A stretch of DNA of 64,000 bases from a virus. The notes under the pieces are model-generated. The model did no database searches, was not told where the DNA came from, and was given only the letters and a program-made list of their open reading frames with translations. Below are positions 9,377 through 18,715 of this stretch, piece by piece. Each line of letters opens with the position of its first letter. The first letter of the stretch is position 1. Both the position numbers and the translations under genes were made by a program. The DNA lies in the IMG/VR virus record IMGVR_UViG_3300020185_004330, positions 17,141-81,140 of that record. One strand, given 5' to 3'.

Positions 9377-12367
9377 ATGACGGATACTATTAAAAAAATA
9401 ACAGCGAATAGAGACGTGAGCGTATGGACTTACTTCTCAACTGTCGATGCCAGTACTAGAGAAATTATAGACAAAACAGGTATTTTTTCCTCCTCTGGGC
9501 AGGGTGCAATTTGGGATGCTTTACAAAAAAAAGGTAAAGTCGCATATGCTATAAAGGGAAGTTCAAACAAAGCTGTAGAAATTATAGAATTAGTTGATGG
9601 CTCTTTTTGCAGAAGGATAGCTTTAACTAATGAATATAAGTTTTTATCAGAAGAAGAATCTAAAAAAGTTGTTAAGGGCAAGAAGTTAATAGCTGAACAA
9701 CGAGTGAACAAACCTATTAGAAATCAAATTTTAGAAAATTTTGTTCTTCAAGGAAGTAGCTACTCAGGAGATTCTGCTTATTCCAACGTTTTTTATCAGC
9801 CTAAAAAAAAAGTAGATTACTATGCTAATGTAACAATAGAAAGAACTGTGGACACTTTAGATACTTTAAGTATCAAAAATAATCCACTATCTGAAATGCC
9901 TGCACAAGAATCTGAAACAGGAGTTGTGTGCGGAACTTTAATGGCTAGACAAAAAGTGTTGGATGAAAATGGAGAAAGAGTTTTAATACCTCTATCAAAT
10001 GTTCCTATTGTTATTTTTAATCCTTCAGAACAGTTTCCTTCTTATGCTTCCCAAGATACTAGTGGAGATAGGATTACATTGAATTTACTCCAAAATTCAG
10101 ACCCATCAGAATATGCCGATACACCATCTTATGTTCTTGATGCTGGTGTAGATGTGGCCAGAAAAAGACTTGGCAAAAACACTGTTGGAGAAGAGTATGA
10201 TGGAATAAAGCCTTTATTAAAGTCTGTAGAAACTTTATTTGTGCCTGAACAATATAAATATTCAACAGTAACCAATGATAAAGGTGAATTTGTAATACAG
10301 GATGTTCCGATTGGGAATCAAGTTCTTTTATTTGAAGTTGACTTATTGAAACAAGGGATGACGAAGGGCGAGGTTGCTCTAAACTTCTTTCCCTATTCAG
10401 ATGAAGAATCTCCCAATGTAGACAGTGTACCTCACTTTTATTACAGACAAATACCAGTCGGAGTAGTCTCATCTTGGGGAAATTTTCAAACTGGTTACAC
10501 TGAAGTGAATATTACTGCCAACTTAGACATGAGAAAGTGGAACACTTTCTATGTTCCCCCTATATCTATAGCAGAAACAAATATGGATGATTTAATTTCT
10601 GCTGGTAATTTTTCACCATTAACTATTTTAGCTAGAGACATGACTAAAGAAGGTTATCCTCTAACTACAGACATAGTTGAAATAACAGATGTTTTTTCTA
10701 GAGTTGAAACTCAAAGATTAGAATGGTTTAATGAGTTAAGATTTTCAAAGCCAAAAATTAACTTTACTAAAAATCAGTATCAAATATTCAAATTACCAGC
10801 AAACTTATATGACCCAAATGGTTTTGCATCAAAAGACAGTGGCAGAAAATCTATTAGTAGCTCAAAAGGAGTGTGGCTTTCTTGTTATCAGATGAAAATG
10901 TTTTATGACTCACTGCCAATAGTGTTTAGAGCAACTGGGTTTATTAGAGATGGTCTTAATACTGGCTCCAAAAAAGCTAATCACTTTGACTTAAATAGAG
11001 GCCCTGATTTCATGCCTGAATCTGCAACTGGAGAGCCTCCAAATTCTTCATTAAACAAATTTCCATATGAAAGACCGTGGACAATAAATTACCCAGCTCC
11101 ATATAGCATACCATCAGAGCCAACAAAGTTGAATGAGGGAAAAAATTTTTCCATTCAAGTAGAACCTAGATACTTAGATGGAGATAAGGCAGGGCTTTAC
11201 TGGGGGCAAGACGGTTCTACTGGATACGGATTAATGAACCCTCTAGAAGGGGGTGATGCAATCTATAATAAATTTGCACAAACAGTGACAAAGGGAGGTA
11301 TATACAGGTACGAACATAAGGTTCAGTGGCATCAAGAGTATTCAAATGGTTTCAGGCAGTCCAGACATGGAGATTTGTTTCCAAATAAAAATTTTACTGT
11401 AGAAAACGGCGAACAATATCAAAGGTTAGAATGTGGTTTTGGCTACTTTATGAGACCTGAGGGATGGGGTAGAATTACTCATTATAGTTGGGGTGATATA
11501 ATGTTAACTTCAGACATTAAACCCTCGCCTACATTGCCACAATATATATATCCGACTAGCTACTCAGCCTCCATGTTTAGGCAAGGTGAAAATTTAACAA
11601 TAAGAATGGACACAACAGCAAGGCCATCTTGGATAAGAAATGGAACTATTGATTTTTACAGAATAATAGATGACACACCCCAAGAGCTATCTCCAAGACT
11701 TCCTCCTCTCCAAAAAAGGTACGCACAGTTTAAGATAGGAGATTTATTGAGAAACAACAAAAAAACATCTAGCCAGGAACTGAAGTTAAAATTTGGTGGA
11801 GAAAAAGATGAGGTCACAACCTCAGCCAGCTCTCAACTTGAAATTAGAAATGACGGACCAATAGTATCTAATGTAACCGTCAACGGAAACAAGCAAGCCA
11901 TAACCCCAGGAGAAAAGGTAACATTTACAATCACAGCATCTAGCACTGTTATATTTGATTCTAATACTGACTTTGATTTTTTAGAAAACACTTATAAAGC
12001 CTGCAGATATTCTTGTTGGTTTAAAAATAGTGAAATAACAGGAGCAGGAGAAATTATTTATTTTCAAAGCTTTTCTTCTGATGCAGACATTTCAAGCTCA
12101 ATACCAACAAAATATCTTATATCTAAAATAATTGATTGTGATGGAAATGTAAGATTAAAAACAAAAGAAGATGATGATGGAAATGAAGAAATTTACGTTG
12201 ACAAGTGTAAAAGCAACTTTACAAAAGATGGAAACTATGAACTTAATGGTTTAATTTTTGAAAAAACTAGGACAGATAGAGTTGAATTAAGATTTGAAAA
12301 TGAGGAAGTAGAGATTCACTGTAGTGATGGAGGTTTTGGAATAAGAAAAGATAGTCCTGTTAGTTAA
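9377..12367 (+). CDS. Large putative virion protein with a transthyretin/carboxypeptidase-regulatory-like segment
   Basis: 996 aa; GVVCGTL...IPLSNVPIVIF...STVTNDKGEFVIQDVPIGNQ. Confidence 0.5.
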   Translation: MTDTIKKITANRDVSVWTYFSTVDASTREIIDKTGIFSSSGQGAIWDALQKKGKVAYAIKGSSNKAVEIIELVDGSFCRRIALTNEYKFLSEEESKKVVKGKKLIAEQRVNKPIRNQILENFVLQGSSYSGDSAYSNVFYQPKKKVDYYANVTIERTVDTLDTLSIKNNPLSEMPAQESETGVVCGTLMARQKVLDENGERVLIPLSNVPIVIFNPSEQFPSYASQDTSGDRITLNLLQNSDPSEYADTPSYVLDAGVDVARKRLGKNTVGEEYDGIKPLLKSVETLFVPEQYKYSTVTNDKGEFVIQDVPIGNQVLLFEVDLLKQGMTKGEVALNFFPYSDEESPNVDSVPHFYYRQIPVGVVSSWGNFQTGYTEVNITANLDMRKWNTFYVPPISIAETNMDDLISAGNFSPLTILARDMTKEGYPLTTDIVEITDVFSRVETQRLEWFNELRFSKPKINFTKNQYQIFKLPANLYDPNGFASKDSGRKSISSSKGVWLSCYQMKMFYDSLPIVFRATGFIRDGLNTGSKKANHFDLNRGPDFMPESATGEPPNSSLNKFPYERPWTINYPAPYSIPSEPTKLNEGKNFSIQVEPRYLDGDKAGLYWGQDGSTGYGLMNPLEGGDAIYNKFAQTVTKGGIYRYEHKVQWHQEYSNGFRQSRHGDLFPNKNFTVENGEQYQRLECGFGYFMRPEGWGRITHYSWGDIMLTSDIKPSPTLPQYIYPTSYSASMFRQGENLTIRMDTTARPSWIRNGTIDFYRIIDDTPQELSPRLPPLQKRYAQFKIGDLLRNNKKTSSQELKLKFGGEKDEVTTSASSQLEIRNDGPIVSNVTVNGNKQAITPGEKVTFTITASSTVIFDSNTDFDFLENTYKACRYSCWFKNSEITGAGEIIYFQSFSSDADISSSIPTKYLISKIIDCDGNVRLKTKEDDDGNEEIYVDKCKSNFTKDGNYELNGLIFEKTRTDRVELRFENEEVEIHCSDGGFGIRKDSPVS

Positions 12368-12376
12368 ATAATTTAT

Positions 12377-14842
12377 ATGAAAGATAAGATAAAAATATTA
12401 TTAGGAAAAAAAGACATCTATCCTTATCGGAACAAAGATTCATATATAAATTTAGAATTGTATAAATCTGCTGATGAAATACAAACCGAAATAGTTAATA
12501 ACAACTTTAATCTAAAAGAACAGTTTAATAAAGAGAGAAGAGAGTCTATTAAGTTTTGTATATACGGAACGCTAGATTCTATATATTCAGATTTAGACGG
12601 TGTAAATTTAAATTTAAAAACAAATCACGAAGACTTGTTATATTTGCCTAGAATAGAGTCTGGGGCTAAAGCAGCTGTTGAAAGTGTTGTAAAAACAAAA
12701 AACTTATCTAAAGAAGGTTTTTTAAGTAAAAATATATTTAAAAAAAATAAGTCATGTTTTTATTTCCTTTTTGAGCTTGCTCCTGGTATCAAAAATTATG
12801 GAGAAACAAAATCTTTACAAATAAATATTAACGATAAAAACAAAAAAGTATATGCAATTTTTGATATTCCTTTTTTGTTCTTTGATTCAGATGGAGAGTT
12901 AATTGATTTTGGAACCGATATTATAGATATAGATTTAAACGGAAATGAACAGGTGATTGAGAACGATTATCCGTTTTTGTATGGAACTCATTGGATTAAA
13001 AATGAACTTAACATACCAAGACCATTGTTTTTATCATTCAAAAGAACGCAAGAAGATAATGCTAACAATTTGTCAATTAAAGAGTCTGGGGGTGTTGTTA
13101 CTTTTGTGGTAGCATTAGACTTTCCAAGTAACTATGGAATAGAAGAGGCAGAGGTTTTTATCAAAGAAACGGATGCGGTTGACAATCCAAATAAGGATTT
13201 TATTTTCGAACCTCAGAAGTTGTCATGGAAAAAGGGTGAACAATACAAGACTATCACAATAGAATTAATTGACGATTTGTTTACTGAAGATGATGAGTTA
13301 TTGATTTTTGGATTTAGAGATGTGAACTATGCTGAACAATCAGAAAAAAACACTTTTGAGTTGTTTATAGAAAATGATGATTTACCCTCAACTATTAACT
13401 TTGAAAGCACAACGGCAGAAATTGTTTCAAATCAAAATAGTTTCATAACATATCTGACAGCAAGCAAGTCTATAAAGGTTCCAAATCAGACTATTGACCT
13501 GGTTTTAGACACTGAAAATAGTGATATTGTCATAGGTGAAGATATAGAAAATACAGGAACAAAAAAGAACCCAGAATACAGAAAAACTATAGACTTAAAA
13601 CAAGGTTTAGACATTTTTGAAGTAGAAATAAATATAAAAGACAACTTTAAATATGACTTTGAAAAAGTTGCAATTTTTAAACTAGAAAACCCCACTCAAA
13701 ATGCTGTTGCCTCAAGAGGTGAAAACCAGTTTGAACTGACAATAAAAGATAGTATGGCTACTAGATATACAAAATACAAAATTGACAGTAACAAAGATAA
13801 GGGTCAAGGTATTTTTAGATTAAAAAGACCCACCCCTACTCTTGTAACAACGCCGATAAGTTTCATAAATACAAATCAAGGGTCTCCGTCAAATCTTGTA
13901 ACTCATGTAGTAACAAATGATTTTAGATATAGAATTAACGTAATTAATGATGGAGAAAGAATTATTTACAAAGATAGAATGTATCATAGTGGAGAAACTG
14001 TTGCCTCCATATCTTCAAGAGATGGTTATGATAGCTTTAGTATAAAACTGCCTTCTAATTATCAGATAAATGAGCAAGAAATGTATTTTGAAAAATCAAA
14101 ATATAGATTTGTTATATCGGATATACAAAAATCTTCACCCTCAGCCAGTTCAATGGACCCATATAATAACTATTCAAATGTTAAAATAAAGCCTCAAGAA
14201 CTTGATTCTTCTATTGAAAAAAGTGGAAAAACTTATTACCTAACTTCGGAACTGTCAGGAGTAAGAACTAGAATGAACATTGTTGAAGACGAGGGTCAAT
14301 TAATATTCGAAGTATATAATCTTATCATAACTCTTAATATAAAAACAGATGATACTAAAGAAATTATAAAACAAAAATTAAGAGATAGTGGTAAGTTTTA
14401 CTCTTCAAGTGGCGGTGGATTCTTTGGTGGTGGCAGCGAACCTTCATTTGATGAGGAAAAAATAGCTTATATAACAAACAAAATAATTAAGTTCATGGAA
14501 GATAATCCAAGTTTAGAGCCTCCTCAACCATATGTTTCAACAAACTCCGTTCAAGAAAAGTTAATTAAATGTAAAATAAATGGAACTTTAATTTTAAGCA
14601 AATCATTAACCAAGGTGGAAGAGTTGCAAAACGCCGCCAACAACCTATCGGGTACGTCAAGCAATAATATTTTTACAAATGTGATAAACGGATTTTTAGG
14701 TCAAAACAACCAACCTGCACCTGCTACCAAAGTTAGTAACGTAAAATTTGAAGAAAACCCTGTTGTATATACAGTCCTTTATGAAGGAGAAGAGAATGAC
14801 GAACTTAATGTTATACTGATGCCTGTTGAGCCAATTCGATAA
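12377..14842 (+). CDS. Putative virion protein with two Calx-beta-like Ig domains
   Basis: LSIKESGGVVTFVVAL...LSWKKGEQYKTITIELIDDLFTEDDE and a second ...EVEINIKDNFKYDFEK repeat. Confidence 0.55.
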   Translation: MKDKIKILLGKKDIYPYRNKDSYINLELYKSADEIQTEIVNNNFNLKEQFNKERRESIKFCIYGTLDSIYSDLDGVNLNLKTNHEDLLYLPRIESGAKAAVESVVKTKNLSKEGFLSKNIFKKNKSCFYFLFELAPGIKNYGETKSLQININDKNKKVYAIFDIPFLFFDSDGELIDFGTDIIDIDLNGNEQVIENDYPFLYGTHWIKNELNIPRPLFLSFKRTQEDNANNLSIKESGGVVTFVVALDFPSNYGIEEAEVFIKETDAVDNPNKDFIFEPQKLSWKKGEQYKTITIELIDDLFTEDDELLIFGFRDVNYAEQSEKNTFELFIENDDLPSTINFESTTAEIVSNQNSFITYLTASKSIKVPNQTIDLVLDTENSDIVIGEDIENTGTKKNPEYRKTIDLKQGLDIFEVEINIKDNFKYDFEKVAIFKLENPTQNAVASRGENQFELTIKDSMATRYTKYKIDSNKDKGQGIFRLKRPTPTLVTTPISFINTNQGSPSNLVTHVVTNDFRYRINVINDGERIIYKDRMYHSGETVASISSRDGYDSFSIKLPSNYQINEQEMYFEKSKYRFVISDIQKSSPSASSMDPYNNYSNVKIKPQELDSSIEKSGKTYYLTSELSGVRTRMNIVEDEGQLIFEVYNLIITLNIKTDDTKEIIKQKLRDSGKFYSSSGGGFFGGGSEPSFDEEKIAYITNKIIKFMEDNPSLEPPQPYVSTNSVQEKLIKCKINGTLILSKSLTKVEELQNAANNLSGTSSNNIFTNVINGFLGQNNQPAPATKVSNVKFEENPVVYTVLYEGEENDELNVILMPVEPIR

Positions 14843-14870
14843 TTATTAGTTCATTATATTTATATTATAT

Positions 14871-15191
14871 ATGGAAGAAGTTTTTAGATACAAAGTTAGA
14901 TTAAACGTAAACCCAGGGGGTGGAATAAAAACTAGTACAGGTCTAGTGGCAAACTCTTATGATAAAGATTTTTTTATTACTTTGCCAATATATAAAACTG
15001 AAGATTTAGAAGGTTATGTAGACGTTGAAAAAGACCCTTTAAAAACTGTAGTAAACAGACAATTAATAAACCCTTACTTTATAGAATTGGGTTTTTTTGA
15101 AAATATAAAATCTGTGCTTAGCGGAAACTCTGAAGCACGATTTAATGTAGAAGAAAAGTCTGAAAAATATGGAATAGACATCAACAAATAA
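14871..15191 (+). CDS. Hypothetical protein
   Basis: 106-aa ORF, co-oriented with neighbours. Confidence 0.6.
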   Translation: MEEVFRYKVRLNVNPGGGIKTSTGLVANSYDKDFFITLPIYKTEDLEGYVDVEKDPLKTVVNRQLINPYFIELGFFENIKSVLSGNSEARFNVEEKSEKYGIDINK

Positions 15192-15192
15192 A

Positions 15193-16116
15193 ATGGTAAA
15201 ATATAAGTTAGTAATAAGGCCTGCAAACGTGTTAGAAAAAGCAGTTATAAAAAGCAATTTAAGTAATTTAAATGGATACCTAACGCATGACAATTCTTTG
15301 GTTGACAAAGATATTTTAGTTAACGAGGACAATGTAAACGAATTTCTAAACAATCCTCAAAATGCTTCTATTGTTGATAGATTTAAAAAATACATAAAAG
15401 AGTATACTAATGAAATAGAGTTTAAAGACATATATTACAAACCTAGAAAGGTTGCTCCTATTTTAAATGATTACTATAATGAAGAAGTTAGGTTTAACTC
15501 AGAAGCAAATCCTTTATTAATTGAAAATGCATTAAGTGGAACTCAAGTAGTTAATTATACTAACAATAATTTTGATTTTTTAAGCAACGAAAGAATGGGT
15601 AATGAAAATAAATCAAAACTAATAGATGTATTATCTGCAAGCACAGAAATAACATCAATATCAGAAACATTTGAAGTAATAAAATCACCCAATTATTATA
15701 GAGACTTTTATATTGACGTTGGAATCAATATTAAAGAAGATTCACTCTATGGAACTGATTACACTAAATATTTTAAAGATACAATAGAGGACGAAGTTTA
15801 CTATGTCAATTCTTTTGTTGACCTAAATAAAAAAACAGACCCCTTTGAATACTGGACAAATGATAAGCCGATAAAAATTTGGAAATCTAAAGTTGTGTCA
15901 GATATAGAAAATGCAGGAGAAAAAAGAGTTAAAGATTTTGAAGATGTAGTGAGAAAATTAAGCAAAAGTGCGGAAGATGTTAAGGACAAAAGTAGTTTAA
16001 AATATCAAATAAAAAACAATAAAGTCAAACAGGCTAGAACCATTTCAGAAAAGGTTAAATCTAAGTTTAAAAGAGAAAAAGAATTTATAGACAAGGTTAA
16101 AAAAAGAAAAAAATAA
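15193..16116 (+). CDS. Hypothetical protein
   Basis: 307-aa ORF, basic C-terminus. Confidence 0.65.
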   Translation: MVKYKLVIRPANVLEKAVIKSNLSNLNGYLTHDNSLVDKDILVNEDNVNEFLNNPQNASIVDRFKKYIKEYTNEIEFKDIYYKPRKVAPILNDYYNEEVRFNSEANPLLIENALSGTQVVNYTNNNFDFLSNERMGNENKSKLIDVLSASTEITSISETFEVIKSPNYYRDFYIDVGINIKEDSLYGTDYTKYFKDTIEDEVYYVNSFVDLNKKTDPFEYWTNDKPIKIWKSKVVSDIENAGEKRVKDFEDVVRKLSKSAEDVKDKSSLKYQIKNNKVKQARTISEKVKSKFKREKEFIDKVKKRKK

Positions 16117-16168
16117 ATCTTTAAAAATATTTTTAATTGATTATATTTATAATAAATAATAATACAAC

Positions 16169-17047
16169 ATGAGCGTAGGTATATATGGTACAAAAAAATT
16201 AGCAGACGTCACATCAGAAGATGTTGATGTGTTATATGCATTCAGTCCAAGCAGAGAAGAGTTGGGCGAAGTCACATTTAAACCATTATATAACGCTATT
16301 AACGAAAGTGATTTGCTTAAAATGATTGGAGCAGACGGAATGTATAAGCTCAGATTGCCAGCAGATATATTTAACGAGATTGGATTTTATTCTATATTAA
16401 TTAAGCCAAAAACTTTTCAAGTTACAATAAGAGACTGTTCCTATGTTGTTACAGAAGACGAGACTGGAGTCCAGTTGTCTAAAAAGGGAATAGTAATCCC
16501 TTCTGCACAATTCAGAAAAACCAACAGCTTATTAGGTTGGTCTGTTGAATATTTTGGTGCAGATGGTATTAAGGTTAGAAACCTAAATAGAATCATAACA
16601 AGTAGCGACCTAGTAAGTCCATCAGTAAACACAACAACTGTAAACAGGGGTGCCACAACCTATAATTTAGACAGTACAGGTAGTAATCTATTTTTAACAC
16701 TTAGCCCAGATGAGGGAAGTATTGTCTCTGGAGGAGGTGCTGTCGGACTGGGAGATGCAGGGCAGAACATATTAATGTCTAACACATATTTTGACCCCGT
16801 ATCTTTAGAGGTTGAGATGGTAGAACATGATGTTCAAACTCTTTCTTATGCATTATATGGAAATACCAGTAGAGATAATGAAAATGGTATATTAACATAT
16901 TTTGATGAAAACAATAATATATATAGACAATACAACTTGTTTACTCAGAAAAAACAATTTTCTCAAGGAAGTGTAGATGTTAGACAAATAAGAACTAACG
17001 TCAATTTAAATCAAGATTTCGAATCAATTACTCAAGGCTTAGTATAG
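16169..17047 (+). CDS. Hypothetical (probable structural) protein
   Basis: 292-aa ORF rich in predicted beta segments. Confidence 0.65.
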   Translation: MSVGIYGTKKLADVTSEDVDVLYAFSPSREELGEVTFKPLYNAINESDLLKMIGADGMYKLRLPADIFNEIGFYSILIKPKTFQVTIRDCSYVVTEDETGVQLSKKGIVIPSAQFRKTNSLLGWSVEYFGADGIKVRNLNRIITSSDLVSPSVNTTTVNRGATTYNLDSTGSNLFLTLSPDEGSIVSGGGAVGLGDAGQNILMSNTYFDPVSLEVEMVEHDVQTLSYALYGNTSRDNENGILTYFDENNNIYRQYNLFTQKKQFSQGSVDVRQIRTNVNLNQDFESITQGLV

Positions 17048-17096
17048 TAATTTAGTTTTTTTTTATTTTTATAACATTATTATCATATTTATACAT

Positions 17097-17741
17097 ATGA
17101 AGGATAAAGTAAGAAAATTAAAGTTAAAAAAACTAATACAAGAATATAATTTTTTGCTAACTGATGAAAGCTACAAAAAAGAAGTTATTAGCGAAACAAA
17201 ATCAGATTTTCTTAAAGAAATACATGAAAAAAAAATAGAATTAGGACTAATAGAAAATGAGCCATTTCAAGAAGTAATACACGAAGAAAATTCTGATGTT
17301 AAGGGTGAAAATGTTGAAACAAAAGAAAGTGATGAAGCAAACTTAGAGGATGACTCAAAAGACCCTAAAGACATCAAAGACAAAGACTTATTAGAAAATA
17401 AAGAAAAGTCAAAAAAATCATCTAAGGTAAAAAAGTTATATAGAGAAATTGCAAAAAAAACACACCCAGACAAAGCAAAGTCAAACGAACATGTTGACTT
17501 GTATAACAGGGCCACATCGGCATATGAAGATAGTGATTTGATATCATTATACATTATTGCTTCAGAATTAGATATTAACGTAGAGCTGGATGAAGATGAT
17601 ATTCTTAATATAAATGAAACAATAAACCATAAAAGAAAACAGTTACATAACTTAGAAATGTCTTACCTTTGGCTATGGTATAATGCTAAAACAAAAGAAC
17701 AAAAAGAAAAGGTTGTAGCTTTGTTTATAAATAAAAACTAA
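17097..17741 (+). CDS. J-domain (DnaJ-like) co-chaperone
   Basis: VKKLYREIAKKTHPDK...LYNRATSAYE contains the HPD motif. Confidence 0.8.
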   Translation: MKDKVRKLKLKKLIQEYNFLLTDESYKKEVISETKSDFLKEIHEKKIELGLIENEPFQEVIHEENSDVKGENVETKESDEANLEDDSKDPKDIKDKDLLENKEKSKKSSKVKKLYREIAKKTHPDKAKSNEHVDLYNRATSAYEDSDLISLYIIASELDINVELDEDDILNINETINHKRKQLHNLEMSYLWLWYNAKTKEQKEKVVALFINKN

Positions 17742-17749
17742 AACACAAA

Positions 17750-18592
17750 ATGAAAGACCTAACAAAAATTTACGAACAATTTTGTAAAACAAAAGGAATA
17801 CCTTTTAGATTGGATGACAATGTAAAGAGTTATGATGATACCACATTATTTTGCCCAGCAGGAATGCAGCAATTTAAAGATAGATTCAAAAACCCAGACA
17901 ACAAAACTGTTGCCAATATACAATCTTGTATTAGACTTAATGACTTAGAAGAAATAGGAGACGGAACACATATGTTGCACTTTAAGATGATAGGGCTGTT
18001 TTCATTTGGTGAAATCACCATAAATCAAGCTGTAGATTTTTGGGTAGAATTTGTTAGTAATATTTTACAAATTAAAATAGATTATGTAACAGTACATCCT
18101 GACAAGTTTGATGAATGGAAATGGTTATATGAAATATATAAAATACCCGTTAAATTAGATGATGAATGCATATGGTCAGATGGCGAGATGGGTGGATATT
18201 GCACTGAGTTTTATCATAATGAAGTAGAAATAGGAAACATTGTCAATACAATGGATAAATATATTGATGTTGGATTTGGATATTCTAGACTTGACGCAAT
18301 TATAAATGGAAATAAAAATTTAAGCAAAAATGATATACTTAAAGATGCAATAATTAAAATAATTGATTCAGGATTCAAGCCTGGTCCACAGAAGCAAGGG
18401 TATGTTCTAAGAAAATTACTTAGACAACTATATGTCGGAGGAGGCTCTGTTAACCATCCTTTCTTTAAAAAAGAAATAGAAAGACAAGAAAAGGCTAAAG
18501 TTAGATATGACAAATTAAAAGAAAAGCACTCTGACAAACCTAAAGAATGGTGGTTTGATACTCATGGCATTAACTTGGATGAAATGGATTAA
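17750..18592 (+). CDS. alaS: Truncated alanyl-tRNA synthetase (catalytic core only)
   Basis: DDTTLFCPAGMQQFK, QSCIR.NDLEEIG.GTH..HFKMIGLFSFG, EIGNIV, IDVGFGYSRL (motif 3), QGYVLRKLLR; only 280 aa. Confidence 0.85.
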   Translation: MKDLTKIYEQFCKTKGIPFRLDDNVKSYDDTTLFCPAGMQQFKDRFKNPDNKTVANIQSCIRLNDLEEIGDGTHMLHFKMIGLFSFGEITINQAVDFWVEFVSNILQIKIDYVTVHPDKFDEWKWLYEIYKIPVKLDDECIWSDGEMGGYCTEFYHNEVEIGNIVNTMDKYIDVGFGYSRLDAIINGNKNLSKNDILKDAIIKIIDSGFKPGPQKQGYVLRKLLRQLYVGGGSVNHPFFKKEIERQEKAKVRYDKLKEKHSDKPKEWWFDTHGINLDEMD

Positions 18593-18636
18593 TAATCTAT
18601 CGTATTATTAAAAAAATAAATAAAATATAAAATAAA

Positions 18637-18667
18637 AGAGGGCTAGAAAACTAGCCCTCTCTCTTTT
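18637..18667. terminator. Intrinsic terminator between convergent genes
   Basis: AGAGGGCTAG-AAAA-CTAGCCCTCT 10-bp stem with A-run before and T-run after. Confidence 0.85.
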
Positions 18668-18715
18668 GGGTTTTGATGTTTAATTTACAATAAATTGTAA
18701 TTTATACAACTAAAC

